From contig DASYBU010000014.1 in the NCBI GenBank assembly GCA_036500605.1, positions 3,150 to 67,149 of the forward strand: a stretch of 64,000 nucleotides of DNA, read 5' to 3'. This document shows positions 27,139 to 36,936 of this stretch, piece by piece. Below the pieces are notes generated by a model, which saw only the letters and a program-made list of their open reading frames with translations, was not told the origin of the DNA and searched no databases. This DNA comes from Burkholderiaceae bacterium. GTDB lineage: Bacteria; Pseudomonadota; Gammaproteobacteria; Burkholderiales; Burkholderiaceae_C. The translations under genes were made by a program, and so were the position numbers. Positions within the stretch are counted from its first letter, which is position 1; every line of letters starts with the position of its first letter.

Positions 27139-28131
27139 TCAACCAACAGTGTTTTGACGGGCACCAAAGCCGTGCTGTTTGTCGTGGCGATCTGGGCCGT
27201 GGCCTATCCCTCGATGCTCTGGGCCCTGCACCACGTGCTGGGCTGAGGCTGCACCCGCTGCAGCGCGGGCGCGCAGTTCCTCAACGGTGTCGCCCGGCCC
27301 CTCGGCTTTCCAGCCGGGCGGCATGAACAGATAGCCCAGCAAGGCGCGCGGACTGCGCGCCGAGGCCAGATCGCGGGCCAGCTTGAGCCAGGGCGCGAAC
27401 TCGATGCGCAAGGGGTTGTAGCTCGTCACCGGGTCGATCAGGCCGTACCTGCACGGCAGATCGTCGCGCTCGGCCCGGTAGGTGCCGAAGAGGCGATCAA
27501 ACACGATCAGCACGCCGCCATAGTTGGCGTCCAGATACTCCAGATTCGAAGCATGGTGCACGCGATGCGCCGAGGGCGTATTCAGGAGGTACTCCAGCGG
27601 CCCCAGCTTCGGGATCCAGCTCGTGTGCAGCCAGAACTGGTAGAGCAGGTTCAGCGACAGCACTTCAAACACGACGTGCTGCGGAAAACCAAGCCAGGCC
27701 AGCGGCGCGAAGAACAGCGGCGTACCGGTCAGCTTGCCGACGATGCCGATCCTGTAGGCCGCGCCCAGGTTCAGTGTGTTGGGTGAATGGTGGACCGAGT
27801 GGTTGCACCAGAACCAGCGCACGCGATGCGCGGCGCGGTGATACCAGTAATAGAAGAACTCCTGGCCGATGAAGAGGCCGAGGAACGCCACCCATGAATT
27901 GAGCTCGATCGTCGTGAGGCGGTGCTCGGCCGCATAACTGAACAGCCCTGCGGCAATCGACAGCGGCAGGAAGATCTGGACGCTGAGCCGCAACACCATG
28001 TCGAGCACCGAGATGCCCAGGGCTTTCCAGTCGTAGCCGCCGCGCCGCGCCAGCCACCAGGCCTCGATCAGCGAGAGGCCGAGTGCGAACGGAAAGGCCA
28101 TCAGCAGAAGCGGCAAATGTCGGTGGGCCAT
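27139..28131 (-). CDS. Sterol desaturase / fatty-acid hydroxylase family membrane protein (second copy in the window)
   Basis: 330 aa with histidine boxes HRAAHRVRWFWCNHSVHHSP and HRVHHASN and four or more transmembrane helices. Confidence 0.8.
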   Translation of the reverse strand: MAHRHLPLLLMAFPFALGLSLIEAWWLARRGGYDWKALGISVLDMVLRLSVQIFLPLSIAAGLFSYAAEHRLTTIELNSWVAFLGLFIGQEFFYYWYHRAAHRVRWFWCNHSVHHSPNTLNLGAAYRIGIVGKLTGTPLFFAPLAWLGFPQHVVFEVLSLNLLYQFWLHTSWIPKLGPLEYLLNTPSAHRVHHASNLEYLDANYGGVLIVFDRLFGTYRAERDDLPCRYGLIDPVTSYNPLRIEFAPWLKLARDLASARSPRALLGYLFMPPGWKAEGPGDTVEELRARAAAGAASAQHVVQGPEHRGIGHGPDRHDKQHGFGARQNTVG

Positions 28132-28225
28132 CGGCGGATGGTAATTCCGAAAGCTCGCGCTATTGTTTCCCGTCTATATTCGCCCACGCCGCAACTTCGC
28201 GCGAAGCAGCAAGGAAAGGAATCCC

Positions 28226-28801
28226 ATGCTCGTCCTGATCGCCGGTCTGATCGTGTTTCTGGGTGTGCACCTCGTGCGCGTGCTGGCCGACGACTGGCGC
28301 AGCGCGCAGGTCGCACGACACGGCGAGAAGGCCTGGAAGCTGGCCTACACGGCGGTCTCGCTGATCGGCTTCGCGCTGATCCTGTGGGGATTCCATCTGG
28401 CGCGCATGAACCCGATTGTTCTGTGGCCGCGCATTCCCGGCGTGAACCACCTGGCCGCGCTGCTGGTGCTGCTGGCTTTCATCCTGCTCGCGGCGGCCTA
28501 TGTGCCGCGCAACCATTTCAAGGCGCGTTTTGGCCACCCGATGGTGCTGTCGGTCAAGGTCTGGGCGCTGGCGCACCTGCTGGCCAACAACACGCTGGCC
28601 GATCTGCTGCTGTTCGGCACCTTCCTGGCCTGGGCGGTGCTGTGCTTCATCTCGCTGCGTCGACGCGACCGGGCCGCCGGCGTCGTGCCGCCCGCGGGCA
28701 CGGCAATGGGCACCGCGCTAACGGTCATCATCGGCGCAGCCGCCTGGGCCGTGTTCGCGTTCTGGCTGCACGCGCTGCTGATCGGTGTGCAGCCGATCTG
28801 A
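28226..28801 (+). CDS. NnrU-family membrane protein
   Basis: About 191 aa starting MLVLIAGLIVFLGVHLVRVLADDWRSAQVARHGEKAWK, with a polytopic membrane profile matching NnrU. Confidence 0.6.
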   Translation: MLVLIAGLIVFLGVHLVRVLADDWRSAQVARHGEKAWKLAYTAVSLIGFALILWGFHLARMNPIVLWPRIPGVNHLAALLVLLAFILLAAAYVPRNHFKARFGHPMVLSVKVWALAHLLANNTLADLLLFGTFLAWAVLCFISLRRRDRAAGVVPPAGTAMGTALTVIIGAAAWAVFAFWLHALLIGVQPI

Positions 28802-29218
28802 TCAAGTGCGCGGCGGCCCCTTGAGCTCGATCGAATTGCCGTCGGGGTCCTGCAGATAGAGCGACGGCCCGTTGCCTTCGGCACCGAAGTTGTCGTGCAC
28901 CTGCCCGTCGGTCGGCACGTCGTGTTGCCGCAGGTAACTGACGATCGCAGCGGCATCGAAGGACTCGATGCGCAAGGCGATATGGTCGACGTTCCGGCCT
29001 TCAACGCCGGCTGCCGCGCCGCCCTTGCTGCCCAAGGCGCCGTCGATGGAGATCAGATCGATCATCGAGACGCCGACGCGCAGATGCACCAAGCCGAGGT
29101 CGTCGCGCCGCTTGACCACCTCGCAGCCGAGCACCTCGCGGTAGAAGGCGATGGAGCGCTCAAGCTCGCGGACACGCAGCACGGCGTGGTCGATCCTTTG
29201 GAGGGAGATAGGGTTCAT
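28802..29218 (-). CDS. VOC-family (glyoxalase/bleomycin-resistance-fold) protein
   Basis: 138 aa from the ATG at 29218 (MNPISLQRIDHAVLRVRELERSIAFYREVLGCEVV...). The track ORF carries a 43-codon 5' extension. Confidence 0.7.
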   Translation of the reverse strand: MNPISLQRIDHAVLRVRELERSIAFYREVLGCEVVKRRDDLGLVHLRVGVSMIDLISIDGALGSKGGAAAGVEGRNVDHIALRIESFDAAAIVSYLRQHDVPTDGQVHDNFGAEGNGPSLYLQDPDGNSIELKGPPRT

Positions 29219-29291
29219 GGGTCTGATTCTCTGAACAATCCAGGAAGCGATTCTGTGCCAGTCTGTGCAAGTCCGTACGACCGTACGACCG

Positions 29292-30014
29292 CTACAGCGC
29301 CCCCAAGGTTTCACAAGGCCGCGCTCGGCGGCGCAGCCACTCAACATACATCCCGCTCACGTGGGCGAGTTGCCGGCCGGCCTGGCCGGCTTCGCGCTCG
29401 ATGCGGGTGACGAACAAGGCGTGCGAACCGATGCGGTGGACGGCTTCAACAGAGAGCTCGCGCGTCAGGCCCGCTTGATCCAGCACGGGCAGGCCGAACA
29501 GGGGCGAGCGCGTGATCGGGAGAGTCAGTGTCTGCAAATCGAGCGTCGATCGACCGTGCTGCCTGCCGAGCGCATAGACCTCTTCCAGCCGTCCGGCCGG
29601 TGCGCTGCTCATCGCGATGCGCCCCGAAGCCTCGATCATCTGAACGGCCGGGCTCGTTGCTCGAAGGGCCAGCACATACGCGTCTGAGGGCAGCGGCGCG
29701 ACGAGATCCATAGGGAACAGATTCACGCATTCTTCATGCGCCACGCCGACGAGGAAGACCGGCCGGGGAACAATGTAATAGGCATTCAAGGCGCGAAGGT
29801 CCGGAGCCGACATGCGCAGCGCGTCGCCTCGACCTGCGGCGCGCCGGGCATCTTGCCAGGCCAGCAGATAGCGGAACCACAAGGCGGGCCGCGGCAGGCA
29901 TCGGTTGGCCGTGCAGTCGGGCGCAAAAAGATGGAGTCCATCTTGCTTCAGGGAGATGCGCCCGAACGGCTTCAATGCAAGTCGCGCCAGCAGCGAGGCT
30001 TCGCCATCGGCCAT
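29292..30014 (-). CDS. Flavin-reductase-like (FMN-binding split-barrel) protein
   Basis: The C-terminal ~150 aa read NLFPMDLVAPLPSDAYVLALRATSPAVQMIEASGRIAMS...HALFVTRIEREAG. I chose the start at MADGE (30014) so that it does not overlap the methyltransferase; the 5' boundary is uncertain. Confidence 0.5.
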   Translation of the reverse strand: MADGEASLLARLALKPFGRISLKQDGLHLFAPDCTANRCLPRPALWFRYLLAWQDARRAAGRGDALRMSAPDLRALNAYYIVPRPVFLVGVAHEECVNLFPMDLVAPLPSDAYVLALRATSPAVQMIEASGRIAMSSAPAGRLEEVYALGRQHGRSTLDLQTLTLPITRSPLFGLPVLDQAGLTRELSVEAVHRIGSHALFVTRIEREAGQAGRQLAHVSGMYVEWLRRRARPCETLGAL

Positions 30015-30238
30015 GCGGAACTCCAGACTCAATGCCCTCCGAGGATCGGGCGGTGACGGCAGCCGAAGACCCAGCACGAAAGGCCGCAGGGAGACGGGGC
30101 AGTGGTCCCGGCTGACGTCGAGCGGTCCGCCGGGCAAGCCTTGCAGCATCACGCGCGGTGCGAACGCGACAGGCGCCTCGTGCACCACCGGCGCATGACG
30201 CAGCCCCTTGCCGTGGCGCAGCAAGGCCAGCAGACGCT

Positions 30239-30982
30239 TCACGAGCACCTGCGCAGCATGAGAAACAAATAGTTGGACCCCATGCTCGCCAGGCCCGAAC
30301 CGCCGTTGGCGGCGCGAACCTCTTCGAGGACGAAGTCCGGCGCCGCTGCCCGACGCACAGCGCTCGTGAAGTGACGATGCGTCGTGACCTGGCCCTCGAC
30401 CCGGATGGCGCCGGTCCACCCCGAACGCACGAGGCTCCGCCACCACCAGGCCCGCAACATATCGCCCCGATAGAAAGGATTGAGCACACTCGCCACCAGC
30501 AACCCCTGCGGTGCCAGATGTGAAGCGAGCCTGTGCAGCAACGGCCCGAGATCGCGGACATGGTTCAGCACGGCGAAGTTGGCGGCGATCACCGAGACCG
30601 GCTCACGGTTTTCAAGCGCACGCTCCAGCACATCCAGCCGGCCAGCCATCGGCGCGATGCACCCCGAGGCGACCTCGCCGGCGCAACGCAGGCGGAGTTG
30701 GTCCACCATCTGGGCCGAGACGTCATAGGCCAGCACACGATGACCGCATTCGGCGTACCACTGCGCGTCGATGCCGGTGCCGCATCCATAGTCGAGAATC
30801 AGGCCGCCCGGCCCGGCGGCCTGCGAGACGCGCTCGCGAAACCGACGCCGCACCTCGTCATTGCTGGCGAGGCCTTCGACCTGTTGGTCATAACCCGCTG
30901 CCACGGCGTCATAGAAGCCGGCGGCGGCGTCGAACTCATCGACGCCGCGAGGGGGATGCAAATCATGGGGTGGCGATGACAC
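30239..30982 (-). CDS. Class I SAM-dependent methyltransferase
   Basis: 247 aa with motif I LILDYGCGTGIDAQW and the post-I acidic residue. Confidence 0.8.
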   Translation of the reverse strand: MSSPPHDLHPPRGVDEFDAAAGFYDAVAAGYDQQVEGLASNDEVRRRFRERVSQAAGPGGLILDYGCGTGIDAQWYAECGHRVLAYDVSAQMVDQLRLRCAGEVASGCIAPMAGRLDVLERALENREPVSVIAANFAVLNHVRDLGPLLHRLASHLAPQGLLVASVLNPFYRGDMLRAWWWRSLVRSGWTGAIRVEGQVTTHRHFTSAVRRAAAPDFVLEEVRAANGGSGLASMGSNYLFLMLRRCS

Positions 30983-31028
30983 GCGGCGGATTCTAGGGAC
31001 TGAATCGCCGCGGGTCCAGGCAGGCGCT

Positions 31029-32972
31029 TCAGCTCTTGGCCTGCTCCAGTTCGCGCGCCTTCAAGGCCGTCATCAAGCCCATCAGGGTGCCAAAGGCGTT
31101 GCCGCTCTCGCCGCTCGCGCCGCCGATCTGGATCTGCGGCACCAGCGGCACGCGGGCGGTCTCAAATGCCTCGGCCAAGCGCAACATGACGGTCTGCATC
31201 AACTGCTTGTCGGCGCCCTCGCCTTCCAGCGCTTCCGACTTGGCGCGGATCGCCGCGCCCTCAGCTTCACCCACGCTGCGGATCGCGGCGGCGCGGCCCT
31301 GGCCTTCGGCCTCCTGCTTGAAGCGCTCGGCCTGCGCCAGCGCCTCGACTTCCTGACGGCGCTTCTCGGCCGCCTTCACATTGGCCGCGCCCTGGTTCTC
31401 CTTGATCGAGATGTCCACCAGCGATGCGGTCAGCTCGCTCTGCTTCTCGGCGCGCTTCTCGGCCTCGTTGAGCTCGCGCTGCTTGTTGGCGGCGATCTCT
31501 TTTTGCGCATAGGTCTCGACCTGCTCGCGCGCGATCTGGCGGTCGCGCAGCTGGGCCATGATCGATTCGATCTTGGGGTCGCCGATCTGCGGGCGCGGCG
31601 TGCCGATCAGCACTTCCTGGAACTCGAGCGAGTAGGCGAGGAAGCGCTCGCGCATGTCGATCGAGGCGTTGGCCTGCAGCTCGCTGCGCGACTGGATCAG
31701 CTCGATGAAGGTGTGCGTCTGCGAGACGTTCTTGAAATAGCTCGACACCATCGGATCGAGCGTCTGCTCGACGAGCTGCTTCACATTGCCGAAGCGCTGC
31801 ACCACCAGCGGTGCCTTGCGGTAGTCGATGTGCACGACGACCGAGAGCGGCAGCAGCGGCTCGAAGGCGTCCTTGGTGATCAGCGTGATCTCGCGCAGAT
31901 TGCTGTCGAAGCTGGAGCCGCTCTCGCCGCTCTTCCACATCAGCACGAAGTTGGTGGTGGGCACGAGTTCGATCTTGCCGGCATAGGTGTTGAAGGCGTA
32001 CTTGCCGGGCATCAGCGGCTCGCGCCAGACGCCGCGGCAGCCCGATTGCACGAGCTCGCCGTGGCTGTAGTCGGTGCCGGAAAGGTCCTCGCCGCGTGCG
32101 CCGGTGTAGCTCACCACTACGCCGACAAAGCCAACCGGGATCACCGTCTTGCCGATGAATTCGACCGTCGCGAAGAGGCGGTTCAGGTAGTAGGTGCCTT
32201 CGACCAGAACGCGCTCCTGGCGGCCGCGCCGGCCACCGGCGGCGAGAAAGGCCTCGGGCTCCTGGAAGCTCATGTGCGCATCGCCCACATCGGGTGCGAG
32301 CAACTCATCGCGCGAGAGTGCCGGGCCGTCCTGCACGGTCACGATGGCGAGCTGGTCGGATTCATGGCTGCCCGATTGCTCCTTGATCACGACCGGTGAG
32401 AAGGCCGAGCGTTCATCGAGCACGGTGCGCATGCGCTCGTAGTAGCCGCGCTCATGCTTGTCCATGCTCATCGCATAAGTGGCTTCTTCCGTCATCACGA
32501 CGAAGAGCGCCGGGTTGATGATGTGCGTGCCTTCGCGCAGCACCTTGCGTTGCGGGCCCTTCTGGCCGTCGCCGGCGAGGAAGGCGCGCACATCGCAGAA
32601 ATCGCTGACGGCGGCATTGCTGGCCAGCGTCTGGCCCGCGTCGAGATCGCGGCCATCGCGTGCGAACACATAGCCGATCTTGCCCTGCGTGACCGACACC
32701 ATCGAATGGATGTGCACGCGGAACTGGAAGGGCGCGAAGAAGTGATAGCCGCCGCGCAGCAGCTCGGCCTGGTAGCCGGCCTCGCCATTGAGGGCCAGCA
32801 GGCCCGATTGCACGGAGCCGCGAGCGCTCCAGAGTTTTTCGACCACGCCGATGCGGTCGTTTGGGATGTAGCGCACCATCCCGGCTGCCATCACGAGGAT
32901 GAGCAGCGCCAGCAGAACGCCGCCGATCGTCAAGGCGATCAGCCAGCCGCTGGAAAGTTCAAGGCCAAACAT
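31029..32972 (-). CDS. Flotillin-family SPFH/band-7 protein (YqiK-like)
   Basis: About 647 aa from MFGLELSSGWLIALTIGGVLLALLILVMAAG (transmembrane), then an SPFH domain and a long Glu/Ala/Lys-rich coiled-coil (AEKRAEKQSE...EAEGAAIRAKSEALEGE). Confidence 0.85.
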   Translation of the reverse strand: MFGLELSSGWLIALTIGGVLLALLILVMAAGMVRYIPNDRIGVVEKLWSARGSVQSGLLALNGEAGYQAELLRGGYHFFAPFQFRVHIHSMVSVTQGKIGYVFARDGRDLDAGQTLASNAAVSDFCDVRAFLAGDGQKGPQRKVLREGTHIINPALFVVMTEEATYAMSMDKHERGYYERMRTVLDERSAFSPVVIKEQSGSHESDQLAIVTVQDGPALSRDELLAPDVGDAHMSFQEPEAFLAAGGRRGRQERVLVEGTYYLNRLFATVEFIGKTVIPVGFVGVVVSYTGARGEDLSGTDYSHGELVQSGCRGVWREPLMPGKYAFNTYAGKIELVPTTNFVLMWKSGESGSSFDSNLREITLITKDAFEPLLPLSVVVHIDYRKAPLVVQRFGNVKQLVEQTLDPMVSSYFKNVSQTHTFIELIQSRSELQANASIDMRERFLAYSLEFQEVLIGTPRPQIGDPKIESIMAQLRDRQIAREQVETYAQKEIAANKQRELNEAEKRAEKQSELTASLVDISIKENQGAANVKAAEKRRQEVEALAQAERFKQEAEGQGRAAAIRSVGEAEGAAIRAKSEALEGEGADKQLMQTVMLRLAEAFETARVPLVPQIQIGGASGESGNAFGTLMGLMTALKARELEQAKS

Positions 32973-33096
32973 AAGTCCTCCGTTGTCAGCGGGGCTGCAA
33001 CACCTGCTGCAGCGCCCGGACTCGTTTGTCGCGCTGAGCACATCAGGAAGGCATAAGGGCTCGAGTCAGGCTCGCAATGGGCCTTACCATGCGTCC

Positions 33097-34296
33097 ATGA
33101 AGACCGAACATCTGTTGATTGGCATCGGCCTTGCTGTCCTGCTGTCCTATTGGTACGTGCATCTGGGGCGCGTGCTGCGCCTGCCCTCGGTGGTGTTCCT
33201 CCTGGGCACCGGTCTCGCGTTGCGGGCCTTGGCGAATGGCTTTGATCTCGCCATCCAGCTGCCCGCGAGCCTGCTGCCCCTGCTCGGCACGCTGGGCCTG
33301 ATCCTGATCGTGCTCGAAGGTGCGCTCGATCTGGAGCTCAAGAGCGGGCAGCGCGTGTTTCTGTTGCGAACGTTTGGCGCTGCGGCCTTGGGGCTTTCCT
33401 TCTTTGTCACGCCGATCAGCATCGCGCTGCACTACGCGCTGGGCCTGGGCTGGGCCGGCGCGGTGCTGTTGGCCACGCCGTTCGCGGTGATCAGCAGCGC
33501 GGTGGCGATCCCGGCGGCCGATCTGCTCGGGCCGCGTGATCGCGAGTTCGTCGTCTATGAAAGTTCATGGAGCGACATCCTCGCGGTGATGCTCTTCAAT
33601 GCGGCTGGCGTCGCCTTCATGGACGGCGGCAGTGCGACCAGCAACTTCGTCGGCGGCGGGCTCGCGGTCGTCGCGATCGGCGGCGTGATCGGCCTGGCGC
33701 TGTACTGGCTCGTCGGCCACCTGGAAGGCCACGTGAAGTTCGCGCCGCTGATGTTCGCGCTGATCGGCGTCTACGGTGCCGCCAAAGCCCTGCATCTGTC
33801 GCCGCTGCTGATCGTGATGATCCTGGGCCTCTTGCTCAACAACGCGCCGCTGCTGCACCGCTTCCGCTGGTTGAAGCGCCTGCACAGCAACCACTACGAC
33901 GCCGAACTCGACAAGCTCAAGCACCTGACCGCCGAGGCGACCTTCCTCGCGCGCACTTTTTTCTTCCTGCTGCTCGGCTATGACACCGATCTGGCCCAGC
34001 TCGCCGATCCGCGCGCCATTGGCCTGGCCATCGCCCTGGTCGCTGCCAGCCTCGCCTTGCGCTGGCTGATGCTGCGCCTGATCCACGGCACGCCCACGCG
34101 CCCGCTGCTGTGGATGACGCCGCGCGGCCTCATCACGGTGCTGCTGTTCTACAGCCTGCCCGAAGGTCTCGTGCCCGCGGCCTTCCCGCGCGGCGCGCTG
34201 ATCCTGGTGGTGCTGATCAGCTGCCTGGTGATGGCGGCAGGCCTGCGTGCCGACGGCGCCAAGACCGAAGCTGACCCGGAGCCCGCGCAGCCATAG
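33097..34296 (+). CDS. Cation:proton antiporter (CPA/Na+-H+ exchanger family)
   Basis: About 399 aa with 10-12 transmembrane helices, typical of the CPA1/2 membrane domain. Confidence 0.75.
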   Translation: MKTEHLLIGIGLAVLLSYWYVHLGRVLRLPSVVFLLGTGLALRALANGFDLAIQLPASLLPLLGTLGLILIVLEGALDLELKSGQRVFLLRTFGAAALGLSFFVTPISIALHYALGLGWAGAVLLATPFAVISSAVAIPAADLLGPRDREFVVYESSWSDILAVMLFNAAGVAFMDGGSATSNFVGGGLAVVAIGGVIGLALYWLVGHLEGHVKFAPLMFALIGVYGAAKALHLSPLLIVMILGLLLNNAPLLHRFRWLKRLHSNHYDAELDKLKHLTAEATFLARTFFFLLLGYDTDLAQLADPRAIGLAIALVAASLALRWLMLRLIHGTPTRPLLWMTPRGLITVLLFYSLPEGLVPAAFPRGALILVVLISCLVMAAGLRADGAKTEADPEPAQP

Positions 34297-34339
34297 GACA
34301 ATTCGCGCTTCTTCAACTGCGCGCCCTGTTGTCATCACG

Positions 34340-35293
34340 ATGGCCATCCACTGGTTTCCCGGCCACATGAACTCGACCCGCAATGCGATCCTGGATCGCA
34401 TGAAGGCCGGGCTCGATGTGGTGATCGAACTGCTCGACTCGCGCCTGCCCGGCTCCAGCGCCAATCCGCTGCTGGCCCAGCTGACCGAGGGCAAGCCGCG
34501 CCTCAAGCTGCTCAACAAGCAGGACCTGGCCGACCCCGAACGCACCTCACAGTGGCTGGCTTATTACAACGCCCTGCCCGAAACGCGCGCGATCCCGCTC
34601 GATGCCAGCATCACCGCGCCGGCCAAGGCCCTGATGAGCGAGTGCCGCCTGCTGGCACCCAACCGCGGTGGCATGGCCAAGCCGCTGCGCGTGATGATCT
34701 GCGGCATTCCCAATGTGGGCAAGTCCACGCTGATCAACACGCTGATGGGCAAGCGCGCCACCAAGACCGGCGACGAGGCCGGCATCACCAAGATCGAGCA
34801 GAAGCTCGTGCTTGAAAACGACTTCTACCTGTTCGACACGCCGGGCATGCTGTGGCCGCGCATCAGCGTCGAGCAGAGCGGCTACAACCTCGCGGCCAGC
34901 GGCGCGATCGGCCGCAACGCCTTTGATGAAGAGGAAGTGGCGATCGAGCTGATTGCGTATCTGCGCCAGCACTACCCCGAGCTGCTGGAGGCGCGCTACA
35001 AATTGGGCGATATCAGCACACTCACCGATGGTGAAGCGCTGGAGCAATTGGGCCGCAAGCGCGGCGCGGTGCAAAGCGGCGGCCGCGTGAACATGCAGAA
35101 GGCGGCCGAGGTGCTGGTGTATGAATTCCGTCAATCGGTGCTGGGAAGAATCACATTGGAAACACCGGAGGAGTTCGGCCGGTGGCAAACTGCGGCCGAA
35201 CAGAAAGAGGTGCAGCGCGTGCAGGCCAACAAGGACCGCAAACTGCGCCGCGCCGGCAAGCTCCCCACGCGCTCCGAACCGGAGAGCGACTGA
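34340..35293 (+). CDS. rbgA: Ribosome biogenesis GTPase YlqF/RbgA (circularly permuted GTPase)
   Basis: MAIHWFPGHM, then permuted G-motifs NKQDL and GIPNVGKSTLIN...DTPG. Confidence 0.85.
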   Translation: MAIHWFPGHMNSTRNAILDRMKAGLDVVIELLDSRLPGSSANPLLAQLTEGKPRLKLLNKQDLADPERTSQWLAYYNALPETRAIPLDASITAPAKALMSECRLLAPNRGGMAKPLRVMICGIPNVGKSTLINTLMGKRATKTGDEAGITKIEQKLVLENDFYLFDTPGMLWPRISVEQSGYNLAASGAIGRNAFDEEEVAIELIAYLRQHYPELLEARYKLGDISTLTDGEALEQLGRKRGAVQSGGRVNMQKAAEVLVYEFRQSVLGRITLETPEEFGRWQTAAEQKEVQRVQANKDRKLRRAGKLPTRSEPESD

Positions 35294-35316
35294 ACCGCCC
35301 CCGTTTTTTCTCTTCC

Positions 35317-36048
35317 ATGCGATCACTCATCGGCTGCCTGCTGCTGACTCTCGGTGCCCCGACCCTGGCGGCCGAGCCCGTGCTGATCGCCTATCGCGAC
35401 AAGCCGCCTTACACCTGGACCGACCACGGCAAGCCGGCTGGCCAGTTGCTCGACAAGACCACAGCCATCTTTGCGCGCGCGGGCGTGCCGCTGCGCTTCG
35501 AGGAGATGCCCAGCAAGCGCATCGCGATGGAGTTGCTGAACAACAGCGGGCCGGTTTGCTCGCCCGGCTGGTACAAGCTGACCGAGCGCGAGAGCGTGGC
35601 CAACTTCACGCGGCCGATCTATCGCGACCCGCCGCAGGTCGTGCTGGCCTCGACGGCCGCTGCCGCGAAGATCCGCGCGCATCGAAGCGTCAAGTCGCTG
35701 CTCAATGACCGCACGCTGCGGCTCGCCGTGGTCGACGAGATTTCCTACGGCCCTGAGCTCGACGCGATCATCAAGCACATCCCGCACAAGCCGCTGGGCG
35801 CCACGGTCACAGCGCTGCAGCTGAGCAAGATGGTGGCGGCCGAACGCGCCGACTACATGCTGATCGACCAGGATGATCTCGACTACCTGCGCGCCAGCAA
35901 TGATTTCGGCGGTGTCGAGCCGATTCATTTTGCCGACATGCCCAGAGGCCTGTTCCGCTACCTCTGGTGCAGCAAGCAGGTCGATGCGGCAACTTTGAAC
36001 CGAATTGACAACGCTATCAGTCAGCTCGGTTACGACGGCAATCGCTGA
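35317..36048 (+). CDS. Periplasmic substrate-binding protein (transporter SBP-like, family 3)
   Basis: Signal peptide MRSLIGCLLLTLGAPTLA followed by a roughly 220-aa alpha/beta SBP-like domain. No permease or ATPase gene is adjacent. Confidence 0.5.
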   Translation: MRSLIGCLLLTLGAPTLAAEPVLIAYRDKPPYTWTDHGKPAGQLLDKTTAIFARAGVPLRFEEMPSKRIAMELLNNSGPVCSPGWYKLTERESVANFTRPIYRDPPQVVLASTAAAAKIRAHRSVKSLLNDRTLRLAVVDEISYGPELDAIIKHIPHKPLGATVTALQLSKMVAAERADYMLIDQDDLDYLRASNDFGGVEPIHFADMPRGLFRYLWCSKQVDAATLNRIDNAISQLGYDGNR

Positions 36049-36111
36049 TCTTCACTGCAAAGCGGGTTGACCCGCGCTTGCATTCCGCGCCGAGGCTCCC
36101 ATCTGGGGCGG

Positions 36112-36930
36112 ATGGCCTTCTTCATCATCCTCAGCCTGGCGCTCGCCTTGGTCGCCCTGCTGCTCAGCGCACCGGCCCGCCAGCGCCGGCGCCGCGCGCG
36201 CATTGCCGCGCAGCCCTTCCCCCAGGCTTGGCGCCGGATCCTGAGGCGCCGCGTGCCGCTGATCGCACAACTGCCCACGCCGCTGCAGTTGCGACTCAAG
36301 TCGCTGATGCAGGTGTTCCTGGCGGAGAAGCCGATCATCGGTTGCCAGGGTCTGGAAGTGACTGACGAAATGCGCGTCACGATCGCGGCGCAAGCTTGCC
36401 TGCCGCTGCTGGGCAAGAGCCGCGACTTCTACCCCGGCCTGCGGCAGGTGCTGCTCTATCCGGGTGCATTCGTTGTGGATCGGCCAGTGAGCGCGGCGGG
36501 CGGCGTGCAGATGGAGCAGCGCCGCGCACTGGCCGGCGAAAGCTGGGTGCAGGGCCAGGTGCTGTTGTCCTGGCAGGATGTGCTGCAAGGCGGCGCGCAG
36601 CCGGGCACCGGGCATAACGTCGTGATCCACGAATTTGCGCACCAGCTCGACCAGGTCAAGGGGCATGCCAACGGCGCGCCGCTGCTGCAAAGCCGGGCGG
36701 ACTACGCACGCTGGTCCACCGTGATGCGCAATGAGTTTCACGCTCTCCAGGCCAGCATCGCGCGCGGCGAGCCTGGGCTGATCGATCCGTATGGAGCCAC
36801 CGACCCGGCCGAATTCTTTGCGGTGGTGAGCGAGGTGTTCTTCGAGCGCGGGCCGGAGCTGGCGGCGCTGCATCCGGCGCTGTACGGGGAACTGCGGCGT
36901 TACTACGCCGTCGATCCGGTCAGCTGGTAA
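36112..36930 (+). CDS. MtfA-like zinc-dependent peptidase (M90 family)
   Basis: N-terminal transmembrane helix followed by HEFAHQLD (HExxH) and the downstream EFFAVVSE motif. Confidence 0.7.
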   Translation: MAFFIILSLALALVALLLSAPARQRRRRARIAAQPFPQAWRRILRRRVPLIAQLPTPLQLRLKSLMQVFLAEKPIIGCQGLEVTDEMRVTIAAQACLPLLGKSRDFYPGLRQVLLYPGAFVVDRPVSAAGGVQMEQRRALAGESWVQGQVLLSWQDVLQGGAQPGTGHNVVIHEFAHQLDQVKGHANGAPLLQSRADYARWSTVMRNEFHALQASIARGEPGLIDPYGATDPAEFFAVVSEVFFERGPELAALHPALYGELRRYYAVDPVSW

Positions 36931-36936
36931 GAAGAG

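Noticed and set aside
29734-30561. 275-aa minus ORF overlapping both the flavin reductase and the methyltransferase
   Set aside because: Out-of-frame overlap of two supported genes; Arg/Ala/Cys-rich.
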